Source: Octopus sinensis (taxonomy: Eukaryota). Taken from it: 64,000 nt of DNA. The notes under the pieces were generated by a model. It was not told the origin of the DNA and did not search any database. It was given only the letters and a program-made list of their open reading frames with translations. Below are positions 27,566-38,633 of this stretch, one piece after another. The stretch covers positions 3,472,001-3,536,000 of the forward strand of contig NC_043000.1 in the NCBI RefSeq assembly GCF_006345805.1. The letters run 5' to 3'. How positions within the stretch are numbered: the stretch's first letter is position 1; each line of letters starts with the position of its first letter. A program made the position numbers and the translations under genes.

Positions 27566-27840
27566 GAGAGAGAGAGAGAGAGAGAAAGAAAGAGAGAGAG
27601 AGAACGAAAGAGAGAGAACAAAAGAGAGAGAGAACAAAAGAGAGAGAGAACAAAAGAGAGAGAGAACGAAAGAGGGAGGGGGAGGGGGAAAGGGAGAGAG
27701 GGAAAGAGAGAGAGGGGGAGGGAGAAAGGGAGAGAGGGAAAGAGAGAGAGAGGGTGAGGTAGAGAGAGCGAAAGGGAGAGAGGGAAAGAGAGAGAGAGAA
27801 AGAGAGAGACAGACAGACAGACGGACGGACAGACAGAGAT
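27566..27840. repeat. Purine-rich (GA)n compound repeat with gagagagaacaaaa subunits, ending in (GACA)n
   Basis: Seen directly. Confidence 0.95.
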
Positions 27841-29149
27841 AGTGTGGAGCAGACAGCAGACAGACGGAGAGAGAAGATATGTTAGCTGCGTTTTCAGAAC
27901 TGGTTACATGTTTCTTCAATGATTGTAAAAATTAGGTGAAGAGTGTTTTGCATGAGAACAAAATGTTTGACAATGATATTCAATAAAGGAGTGACAGAAA
28001 GTCATTTGCAGGGATTTGTGAAGGTTAAAGGTTTAGACAGATAGACACAATTGTAAAATATTCTGTGTCAGCTAATTTGCCTCTATTGATATATAGCTTG
28101 GTCGGATATAATTCTAATAGCATTTTTGCATGGCTAACAAATTCTGTAGATGTTGGACTCGTGAGAAATATCTCAATCAAGACATTTCAATAAATTAGAA
28201 AGATGTTTCAAATTTATTGTTTATCGGACCACTTTTGAATTGGCTGCTTGTTCAACTTAAGAACCTTGCTTGGTAGTAACTAGTTCCACTTAACTGTGAA
28301 GTTTGGTTGGTTTCTAAGTCTTGCATTATCTTGCCCTGTGACATGGCAGCTCCTTCACTCAGTCGAACAACTAGCTCCACCTTAAATTCAGTGTCAGAAA
28401 CTAGAAACTGATTGTTAAAACTGCCAACACAGAAGGTCAAGTTTGATGAAAGAAAAGAGAAAAGAAGGGCAAAACATTTGATGGGATCATCTGAAGAGAG
28501 AAATAAACGCAGTACTTTGGTGTTAGCAACAACAACTATTGATCATTCTTTAACACTAGCACTTCTTTCTTCAACTAAACCAAATAATTATTGCTATGCA
28601 TGTATGTCTACAGTTGTGTATGCCAGTATATAGATTTGAGTCAATGAATGTATGAGCGCTTGTGTGAGTTTAGTTGCCTCTGTTTGCATGAATATGAGCA
28701 TGTGTACAAATGTGTGCAATTGTGCATGAATACATGAGTGTATATATGTGTATAAATGGGTGAACTTGATTATGTTTATATGTATATGTAGAAGATTGTA
28801 TGTATGTATCTATCATTGTCAATACCATTTTATGTCTGCATCACCATGTTGCTGCATGGGTTGGAAAGGTCTTCTCCACTTGTTACAGTTCATTATCATT
28901 TTCTGTAGATCAAGCATCTTGAAAGGAGCTTTTGCTACTACTTCTTACTATGTCTTCTATTACAAGTTCCTTCAACTTCAATTATTTGACACCTCTTTAC
29001 CCAACAGTAATCCTCCTTATACAGCACATACCCATCCTAGTTCTTCCTTTTCTTTTGCACACTACATCTGATTCTGCTATCAACCAGTTTTTCTCTCAGT
29101 TCATTTGTGCAGCATCTTTCATACACTCTAACATTACACAACTATTGAA

Positions 29150-29480
29150 GCATTCTTACCTCATTAATATCTATCCAAGGCTTGGGCCCCATGCCATCCG
29201 CCCACAACAAAAATCGCACTCTCATCTCATAACAACAATACGGCACAATTATTTCACCTCAATTGGCCCCGCTCTCTTTAACATTACACCAAAACACATT
29301 AAAACAGAAACAGACCCTATAGGGTTCAAGAAGTCTTTGGACAGATTCCTTCAAGAAATCCCGGATAAACCTCCTACACCCGGATATGTCTCTGTAAACA
29401 ATAACTTTCTACTTGAGTGGGCCATAGTGCCCAAATTCTGACTTGAAAGACTTCACCAGGTGGTGCTATTAAGTTAGACA
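29150..29480 (+). mobile_element. LINE (CR1/Crack/Daphne-like) 3' end
   Basis: PRLGPHAIRP...NYFTSIGPALFNITPKHIK...FKKSLDRFLQEIPDKPPTPGY...LLEW C-terminal motif. Confidence 0.8.
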
Positions 29481-29620
29481 TGGCCTGGGCCAATAATGGC
29501 CGAAACCTATCAAAGTATCTTTCATATATGTCCTCTACATTCAGTTCCCCTGCTTCAGTATCATGCATCATATAGTCTGCTCTTCTCTCAGAGAGAGCCT
29601 CTGATCTTTAAAATGCAGTA

Positions 29621-30030
29621 TACTCTTTACTCTTTTACTTGTTTCAGTCATCTGACTGCGGCCATGCTGGAGCACCGCCTTTAGTCGAGCAAATCGACCC
29701 TGGGACTTATTCTTTGTAAGCCCAGTACTTATTGTATCGGTCTCTTTTGCCGAACCGCTAAGTGACGGGGACGTAAACACACCAGCATCGGTTATCAAGC
29801 AATGTTGGGGGGACAAACACAGACACACAAACATATACACACACACACTTATATATATATATACATATATACGACAGGCTTCTTTCAGTTTCCGTCTACC
29901 AAATCCACTCACAAGGCATTGGTCGGCCCGGGGCTATAGCAGAAGACACTTGCCCAAGATGCCACGCAGTGGGACTAAACCCGGAACCATGTGGTTGGTT
30001 AGCAAGCTACTTACCACACAGCCACTCCTG
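29621..30030 (-). mobile_element. SINE-B copy
   Basis: Full-length match to the 20352 copy. Confidence 0.92.
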
Positions 30031-30234
30031 TTCATTGGTTGTATATTGTAAATGTCTCAGGTTTTCCTTCTCTCCTTGATATCCATGTATATCTGATGTC
30101 CAGATTTTCCTCTAGCTACTTGATATTGTTGCTTCTCTTTTTCTTCCATCCTTTCCATACATGCCTCTCAACTTTTATACCTCTATCTACCATGCCATTC
30201 CAACACCAAATTACCTTCTGTTTGACTGGAATCA

Positions 30235-30612
30235 TGCCTCATCCACAGAGTGTAGTGGGTGCTTTTTACGTGCCACCGGCACAGAAGCAAGTCAAGGCGG
30301 CGCTGGCATTAGCCACGTTTGGATGGCGCTTTTTACGTGCCACCGGAACAGAAACCAGTCAAGGTGGCGCTGGCATCGGCCACGTTCGGATGGTGCTTTT
30401 TACGTGCCACTGGCACAGAAACCAGTCAAGGTGGCGTTGGCATCGGCCACGTTTGGATGGTGCTTTTTACGTGCCACTGGCACAGAAACCAGTCAAGGTG
30501 GCGTTGGCATCGGCCACATTCAGATGGTGCTTTTTACGTGCCACCGGCACAGAAGCCAGTCAAGGCGGCGCTGGCATCAGCCACGTTCAGATGATGCTTT
30601 TTACGTGCCACC
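30235..30612 (-). repeat. 67-bp tandem repeat (5 units plus a partial) within a SINE-C body
   Basis: acgtgcc recurs at 30268, 30335, 30402, 30469, 30536 and 30603; preceded by gagtgtagtgggtgctttt as in other SINE-C copies. Confidence 0.9.
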
Positions 30613-31152
30613 AACCAGCACATACAGAAATCCCCATTGCTTGTTGAGTTGCCTATTTTTGGTTTAAGTTTACTCATTACCACATACTCTTACACCTCAG
30701 TCCCTTTATTTATCCATTTCCCTGCCAACACGGAGTCTATTCCACCAGCTCCAATGCTGTTACCCACTCAGAAACACTTACACATGTTTTCCATGTGTAG
30801 GAAGCACCTGGATTGTGCACTGTGCAATCTATCTATATTCATGTATGCATCTGACTGGATATATACAGGTGTATCTGTATGTATAAGCATGTATGTATCT
30901 GTATATGTATATGCATTTGTATATGCACGTACAGGTGTGCACATGTGTGTATACATCTGTTGATACATACCATTTGCAGGTGTGATAAAGAATATAAATA
31001 AGAAAATCTCTGATACTTAATAAATTTAGTCATGATTTAGCCGAGAGAGTCAAAATGTAATGGAAAAAACACAAAATGTAATATTGAAAAGACGTAACAA
31101 AACTGCAACTGTTCTCCTTCATGAATAGTTCTTGTTGAACTATGCTGAAGAA

Positions 31153-31357
31153 AATAGTAATAGTAGTAATAATAATAATAATAACAATAATAACAATAAC
31201 AATAACAATAATAATATTGATAATAATAATAATAATAATAATATTGATAATAATAATAATAATAATAATAATATTGATAATAATAATAATAATAATAATA
31301 ATATTGATAATAATAATAATAATGATAATAATATTGATAATAATAATAATAATAATG

Positions 31358-31424
<67 letters not shown>

Positions 31425-31442
31425 TAATAATAATAAGAATAA
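31153..31442. repeat. (AAT)n array with periodic ATTGAT interruptions
   Basis: Seen directly. Confidence 0.97.
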
Positions 31443-32033
31443 TATATATGCTTCTCTCCTTCTCTCAAATGTCAGTATTTTGATAATTACACAGAAGCAG
31501 TGTACAGAACATGTTATGGGAGTAACAAAACGAAATGTCTGTTAGAAATAGAATTTTAGTCAGGTGCATCAACAGACAGACAGGCTTTCCAACTGGCTTG
31601 CAGTACAATACATACAAGAATTACTAATTGCATGAAGATAGCAAGGAAATAAACATAGAATGATGAATATTTCAGTGAGAACTAGGAATCCACGACTGGT
31701 AAACAAGGAAACAATAACAAAATAGTGGAATAGAAACATAAAATGAAATTGTCGTGCAAAACAATAATTAAATAAATAAGAACTGATATTAGCTTTTGAA
31801 GAGTTTAATAAAGGCCTGCTCCATGGTGGGTGGATTTTGGGCAGTGTTAGGATGTGTTAAGAAATAAAATACAAAATTACTAAACAGTGTGGTAAGGCAA
31901 GTGATATAGGTAAGTTGTGTGTGTTAAACAGATAAAAAAGCTGAACTAATGAAACAAAGCAGTAAATTGGTTTGGCTAAGCTACAATAGCAGTGGGCTTA
32001 AGCAAATGAGCAGGGACCATCTTCAGCACCAAC

Positions 32034-32135
32034 CTGCTTCATGATCCCATTCCAGATCTAAGGAAGATGCCTCAGTATGTGACCGATCTCGAGTATGTGT
32101 TGTGCTGCTACTAGTACTTTGACCATCTGCAGATG
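32034..32135 (-). CDS. AP1AR: AP1AR-like exon: (A)SADGQSTSSSTTHTRDRSHTEASSLDLEWDHEA
   Basis: aaacag| acceptor, CAG|gttggt donor; 102 nt, phase 1-1. SLDLEWDHE resembles recalled gadkin SLDLEWEDE. Confidence 0.9.
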
Positions 32136-32347
32136 CTGTTTGGAGTAAAATCCACAGTTAATAGACAAACGAGAGAAATACAAAGCGCAGAAAGAAATTA
32201 TGTTAAAGCATGCACCCATTAGCTGCACAGTATTATTCAATTGTAAACAATGTTAGTCACAGATGATGTTAATCACAGTTATCAACAAAACACTCAAAAA
32301 TACAAACCTACTTCATTCAACGCAAAGATGTCTAAAGTTGTTAATTT

Positions 32348-32639
32348 TTAACACGTTAACCGCTACTGGTTCATTGCAAACTACACACTACTGCTATATG
32401 CACCAGTGGTGGTACATTTTTGTAATTTGAGAAAATATTTTCTTCTATATTTTTTTGACATGATTTCGAGGATATTTAAATAACTTGAGTGCTAAATACT
32501 AAAGTTTAATTATAAAATAAGTTGAACAGACACTCACCTGCTTCTGTCACAGATGTCGTTACACTGAGATCAAGAGCTCGTGAAATACTTGGTGTCACCA
32601 GTAAGTTCCAGTAACAGGCTGTGGCGGTTAACGTGTTAA
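32348..32639. mobile_element. Putative piggyBac-like MITE with TTAA-CACGTTAACCGC termini
   Basis: TTAA at 32348-32351 and 32636-32639; 15-bp TIR with 14/15 match (CACGTTAACCGCTAC / CACGTTAACCGCCAC). Confidence 0.6.
32538..32618 (-). CDS. AP1AR: Candidate 81-nt cassette exon of AP1AR-like gene: (A)CYWNLLVTPSISRALDLSVTTSVTEA
   Basis: ccacag| acceptor and CAG|gtgagt donor; symmetric phase 1-1 matching flanking exons; no stop. Weak pyrimidine tract; lies inside an inverted-repeat element. Confidence 0.45.
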
Positions 32640-32745
32640 AGAATAATCAACAATCTTTTTACATCTTAACATTAAAATATTATGTTTAGGTTAATAAGAT
32701 CACATTGGTTAGTATATAAACAAATAAAGTAAAATCTATGTTGAA

Positions 32746-32967
32746 TTAATCGTTTAGCATATAAACTGGCCAGATTCAGCCCAAATATTCTGTTTTATGT
32801 TAAAACCGGTCATATTGGACCACTTGCATCTAACAGACAATGTCATTCCAAAAATAAACAATTATATCATTAAAATCTCAAACCTATGGTATAATATAAA
32901 ATTAATTTAAACAATTGAATAAACAAACATTACATTTGACAGATTAATTAGACTGCTAAAAGATTAA
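32746..32967. mobile_element. Older degenerate piggyBac-type MITE, family 2
   Basis: tttagcatataaactggcc ... ctgctaaaagattaa resembles 54752-55386. Confidence 0.65.
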
Positions 32968-33684
32968 ATAACTGTACAGTTAATTTTGCAGCAATTTTAA
33001 TTGTGTTGAATAACTGTGGTTAGTTTTACAAAAATTTCAATGATTCACTTTTTCTCTATATAATATTATTTCTAACATAAGCACAAAGCCATCAGTTTCG
33101 AAGAGGTGGGGTTATTTAATTAAATCAAGCATAGTATATGACTGGCACTTTATTTTATTAATCCAGGTGAGATAAAAGGTGAGGTTGACCTCTGCAGGAT
33201 CTGAACTCAGAATCTAAAGAGTCAGAACAAATGGTGCAAGTTATTTTGTGCTACTCCCAAATCCATTGACCTTTGACTGTAAATAATATTGAAATAGCTT
33301 CTATTGCATTAACTTAAATGTTAAGAATATCAAAGTTCCATTTTAAACTGAATAATCTTTCAAAATACAAGAAAGAAATTCATTTTATTTCCAGCTTGAA
33401 AAAAAAAACAGAAAAAAAAGTAAAATAAAAGAATACTATAACCACTACCCCTTGTTGAGGTATTGAAATGAGAGATATTAAGTTCAACCCTAAGAAAACA
33501 GGCTTCAATTAAGGTGCTATCTGAGTCTCAATTTCAGGAATATTGTTTAAATCTTAAATTTAGACCATTTCCATGACAGAACTACAATCTTAAAAGCATA
33601 TCACATGAGTGGGGCGTGGGCAGTGGATCTTCTATTGCAGCAGGATGAAGTTATATCTGCATATAGCTGTTGTCTAGCCTAGAT

Positions 33685-34020
33685 CAGGGGTTCCCAACCA
33701 TTTTTTATCTATGGACCCCTTTGATTTCTGGTGGAGTTCCATAGTCATTCAATGTTTAAAAACTAGTTTCATAGAAACTTCTTTCAAAATTCCTAGTTTG
33801 TTATTCACACATTCTCTTATGTAGGTTGAACTATGTAAAATGTTAGAGAAAGAAACCTGTTTCTTGCAAGACACACCAATTCATACATCTAACGGAAAAT
33901 TTTCTTTAGGGGCCCTTAAAACAGTATTGTTGATCCCCAATTGACTATTTTGTTGCATGAACCTCCAAAAATCTTATATGGACCCTCAGGAGTCATGTGG
34001 TCCCCAGTTGAGAATCACTG
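33685..34020. mobile_element. hAT (Charlie-like) MITE
   Basis: CAGGGGTTCCCAAC / GTTGAGAATCACTG TIRs; degenerate 8-bp TSD gcctagat/gtctaggt. Related 3' end near 38045-38090. Confidence 0.75.
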
Positions 34021-35175
34021 GTCTAGGTCAATCCTGATTAAGCAGGCCTATGATCAAAGGCATTCCATCTGTGACCAAACCACCAATTTAGGAGTATCTA
34101 AGATTACATTATTTAATGTGTCTTACTTAGGACAATGAGGTATGATCTGAAAGAGATTTGGCTGCTGTTTCTAAGATATAGAATAGCTTTGTAAAGGCTC
34201 CCTTATAGGGTTATAAGTTATGATCTTAGGAAAAGTCAGGTTTCCACCAGTTTTTGGAAAAAGACAATCTTTTACATCATCAAAATATTGATGAAGAGCA
34301 AGTGTTGTACAGTTAGGTTGTAAAGATACAGATGACTCTGAAGCTGTACGAAGAAATTATCTGTGAAAGGATTATGTTAATCCTTGTCTTGTGGGTGGGA
34401 GAACAAACAGAAAAACAGTATATATTTAAGAAGTTATGCAAAAATACATTAGTTTGTTTCAGCATCTTGACTACAGAAATGTCATACTGTCATGACATGG
34501 TGATCATAAAAAAGGTCAACTGCAGCTTGATATTGTCTCTGAAAAAGTCAATAATTGTCCAGAGATATTTTTCCCTGAAGATCAGTAGTATATTCTTCTA
34601 GATGTACTTGTCTTTGTGAAAGGAAGACTGCATGCAAGTGTTATTGTTTGAAAAGTCATTGTGTGTTTGATTGTTGATCTTTGAATGGTCAGTTAGTAAT
34701 GAGATGATGTCTATACAAAGAGGTCATACTGATGTGTAAAACAGCAGTCTGAATATAAGTGTATATAACATCATCATCATCATCATCATCATTTAACGTC
34801 CATCTTCCATGCTAGCATGGGTGGGATATATATATACATACACACACACACATATATGCGTACACACATACACATATGCATCTATGAATGTATATGTATA
34901 CAGTATGATTGATCATTAAGAAGTTCACTTTGCAACCATAAGGTGGCATCTTGGGCAAATGTCATTTTCTGAAGCCTTGGATTACCCCATACCTTGTGAG
35001 TGAAATTGGGTAGAGAGAAATTGTACAAAAACCTGTTGGATTAATTGTACCAGTAATTCAAAAGCTATAGCCTTGTTATACAGTGTGTCTTGCTGATTCT
35101 ACCAGAGTATCAACGGTGTCTGTGGAATACTCAGACACACAAGTTAATTCAGGAGCAATAATCGCTTAATACATG

Positions 35176-35207
<32 letters not shown>

Positions 35208-35211
35208 CAAA

Positions 35212-36398
35212 TATGGTCATCCCATAAATAATGTGGTTTTCTTCAATTGCATGAACTAAAAGTTGGTGGGGGGGATAAACTACCTGCATCACCTTGCTAC
35301 AAAAGCAGGTAGCAATTTTACCTTATCTTACTCTTGGTGCAAGCTTTGAAGTGTGCAGTTTGATTTTAGCAGTTATCTTTTCAAAGGAGCATATTTGGCA
35401 TATTTTGCTTTATGAGTTCAATAAAGGCAACAATGCAATGGAAAGTGTGAGGAATATTAATGCAGTATATGGGGATTGGATAATAAGTGTAAGCCAGTGT
35501 CAATGGTGGTTCCAGAAATTCTGAGCTGGTAACTACAGCCTAGAAGATGAGCCTCATTCTGGAAGATCTGTAGAGCTCAACAAGGATGTCCTACAAACCC
35601 TAGTAGAACAAAATCCCATCGTAACTGTTGAGTAACTAGCAGAGAAGTTTGGATTTGGTCATTCAACCATTCATCAACTCCTGCGTGCCATCAGAAAAGT
35701 CAGCAAATCGAGTCAAAGGGTTCCTCACAACCTCTCCGAATCTAATCACACACAGAGAGTGATTGTGTGCTCTTCTTCACGAATGAACCTGTTTTGGACT
35801 GAATAGTGACAAGAAGTAACTTCTCTAAAAAATTGTCAAGTGCTGAAGACTGGGTAGGGAAAGGAGAAACACCAGCACACCAGGCTAAAGAAGGTCTTCA
35901 CCCATTTAAGGTGTTGTCATCTGTTTGGTGGGATATGAAAGGTTTAGTCCACTTTGAACTTTTAAACCCAAACCAAACGATAACAAAGGAGATCTACTGT
36001 GAGTTGCTTGAGTGGCTTAAGTCAGTGCTAAAAGAAAACTGACCATCTTTGGTATCAAGACGAAAGGTGTTCTTCCATCAAGATAATGCTTAGCCACATA
36101 CAGCGAGGATGACATTCCAAAGGCTGGAGCAGTCAGAATGGGAAACGATGCCCCATCCATCATATTCTGCAGACATTGCCCCCATCTGATTATCATTTAT
36201 TCTACAGTCTTCAAAATCATTTGGACGGAAAAAATATGAATTCTGAAGACGAAGTCAGAATAGTACTGGAAGATACATGGAAGAGCATTGTAGAAAATGA
36301 AGGAGAGTATATTTTAGATTAAAAAAAGAACTTTGTTTATCTTAATTTTGAAAAGTAAAAGAAGTATAATAAAACCACATATTTGTGGGATGACCTAA
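35212..36398 (+). mobile_element. Degenerate mariner, same subfamily as 12726-13993
   Basis: Same TIRs and collinear sequence; WWDMKGLVHFELLNPN remnant. Confidence 0.9.
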
Positions 36399-36572
36399 TC
36401 ATCATCATTTAACGTCCGCTTTCCATGCTAGCATGGGTTGGACGATTTGACTGAGGACTGGCGAACCAGATGGCTGCACCAGGCTCCAATCTGATCAGGC
36501 AGAGTTTCTACAGCTGGATGCTCTTCCTAACACCAACCACTCCGAGAGTGTAGTGGGTGCTTTTATGTGCCA
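36399..36572 (-). mobile_element. SINE-C copy abutting a mariner TIR
   Basis: atcatcatttaacgtccgctttccatgctagcatgggttggacg... Confidence 0.88.
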
Positions 36573-36575
36573 GCG

Positions 36576-36607
<32 letters not shown>

Positions 36608-37452
36608 CATATCTTGCATGTAGAAATAGATGTACGACTGCTACTCCTAAGTTTAGAGTTCCAAATAGATTATCATAGTCTAGTCTGCTTCAGGTATTGT
36701 GGTTAAGCAACTACTATACATAGTAATATTACTAGCTATAACATACAGAGCAAACATTGAAATTAAGATAAACACAACTTTATATCATTTGTTTTTCTGT
36801 ATGTTTCGTGACTGTGGTTGTTTGGAACTTTGCACTGTTCAATGGGATGCTTAATCACAATGGATTATGGAGAACACTTTATTGCAATATGTTACAGAGA
36901 TCTGTAACAAAATGCAGAGTTTCAATCAACCACAATGATGAAACACATGTAGGAACAAATGATATAAAGTTGTGGTTATCATAATTTCTCCCATACACAC
37001 ACACATATATGCATATTAATTCTAATATTCTAGTCCATTCCTCTGTTACTCTCTAATCCACTTGGAATATTTCAGGGTCATCCTGTATCTTATGCTACAC
37101 CTTAACTAATTCCTTCATGACCATCTTTGTGGTTTCTCAACCTGCTAGAAATATCGGCCAAAAAACAGAAAAAAAACCCCAAACACACAAAAACGAGGGT
37201 ATGAGACATTAACCCTTTTGTTACCATATTTCTGCTGAAATACACTGCCTTTATTGAAATTAATTTTCAAATTCATGGAGAATTTAGTAAAAAAATTGCT
37301 ATCATTAATTTGGTATTTGAAACAAAAACACGAAATTATTAAGAAAGTTTTAATTTAGATAACTTTAAATCACCAGTTAATTTTTACCTATTTTACTTGG
37401 ATGGACTCTCATAACCATTCGATATTTAAAAAGTCCTTTTATATTTCTCTAA

Positions 37453-37958
37453 TCTATATATATAAAACTCTAGTTGTGTGAGTGTCTGTCCCCTTCGATT
37501 TAGATTCCTAACTCCTCCCACATTTTGCGGTACAGTTTAACCAAATTCGGGTATCTTATAGTCGTGATTCATATCGAGCCCGTCTGAGTATTAGCGTGCG
37601 TCTACGATGAGTCTACGATTTTAAAAATAATTTAACATAATTTTTTATTCCATTTTAATGCATAAAATGCATCGTGTGTCGATGGCGGCGGAGTTGGTGT
37701 CCATGGTCACACCTGCACCTGTTTGCTTCTCCCCCTTCCTTCCCTCGTGAAGCTGTGGGGAAGGGAGTGTAAAGAAATCAACGTCGTAATGCGTTGTGAA
37801 GGAAACCAGCGTTCTTTTAGAACAACGACTTCATGGCTTGAAGACACCAAAACAAAAATGGCTAAGAAAGCCCGAATTTATAAGGGAAGTAACTCTCTAA
37901 AAATGCTTATATAGTTATTTCCCTTACAAACCCGAGCAACGCCGGGCGATACTGCTAG
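37453..37958 (+). mobile_element. Non-autonomous Helitron
   Basis: A|TCTATATATATAAA start, hairpin cccgagcaacgccggg, CTAG|T end. Confidence 0.85.
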
Positions 37959-38239
37959 TATTATTATAAAAAAACTGTCAAAAATATTTGGTGCATTGTA
38001 GAAATATAAGCAATTTTATTGCATATAAATTTTAACAAAATTTCATATGGACCCCTAAGGGTGATACGGACCCCACTTGTGAACCACTGCTTTAAAGCAT
38101 GAAAATGTATATCATAGAACCAGGGGTAGTCTCAGAGAGGGTAACATCGAAAGTGTTAAATAATGTAGTCTTGCTTCTGATCAAAGGTCTTATTGACAAG
38201 GGTTTTAACTGGTGCTAAAATTTCTTCTTCTAATAACTA

Positions 38240-38633
38240 GGTGCAGGAGTGGCTGTGTGGTTAGTAGCTTGCTAACCAACCACATGGTTCCGGGTTCAGT
38301 CCCACTGTGTGGCACCTTGGGCAAGTGTCTTCTACTATAGCCTCAGGCCGACCAAAGCCTTGTGAGTGGATTTGGTAGACAGAAACTGAGAGAAGCCCAT
38401 TGTATGTATGTATATATATATATATGTGTGTTTGTGTGTCTGTGTTTGTCCCCCCAACATCACTTGACAACCGATGGGGGTGTGTTTACGTCCCCATAAC
38501 TTAGCGGTTTGGCAAAAGAGACCGATAGAATAAGTACTAGGCTTACAAAAATAAGTCCTGGGGTCGATTTGCTCGACTAAAGGCAGTGCTCCAGCATGGC
38601 CACAGTCAAATGACTGAAACTAGTAAAAGAGTA
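38240..38633 (+). mobile_element. SINE-B copy
   Basis: Full-length match, plus orientation. Confidence 0.92.

Noticed and set aside
28252-28440. Additional AP1AR exon after a strong pyrimidine tract
   Set aside because: The first acceptors give immediate in-frame stops, there is no clear phase-1 donor, and 32034 joins 5912 collinearly with recalled gadkin.
30260-30612. CRISPR-like regularly spaced array
   Set aside because: The 'spacers' are near-identical, the array lies in a SINE body, the context is eukaryotic and there are no cas genes.
31037-31545. Long poly-N/poly-I/poly-Y ORFs (also 25867-26244, 14991-15275, 852-1154, 27527-27919)
   Set aside because: They are translations of microsatellites.
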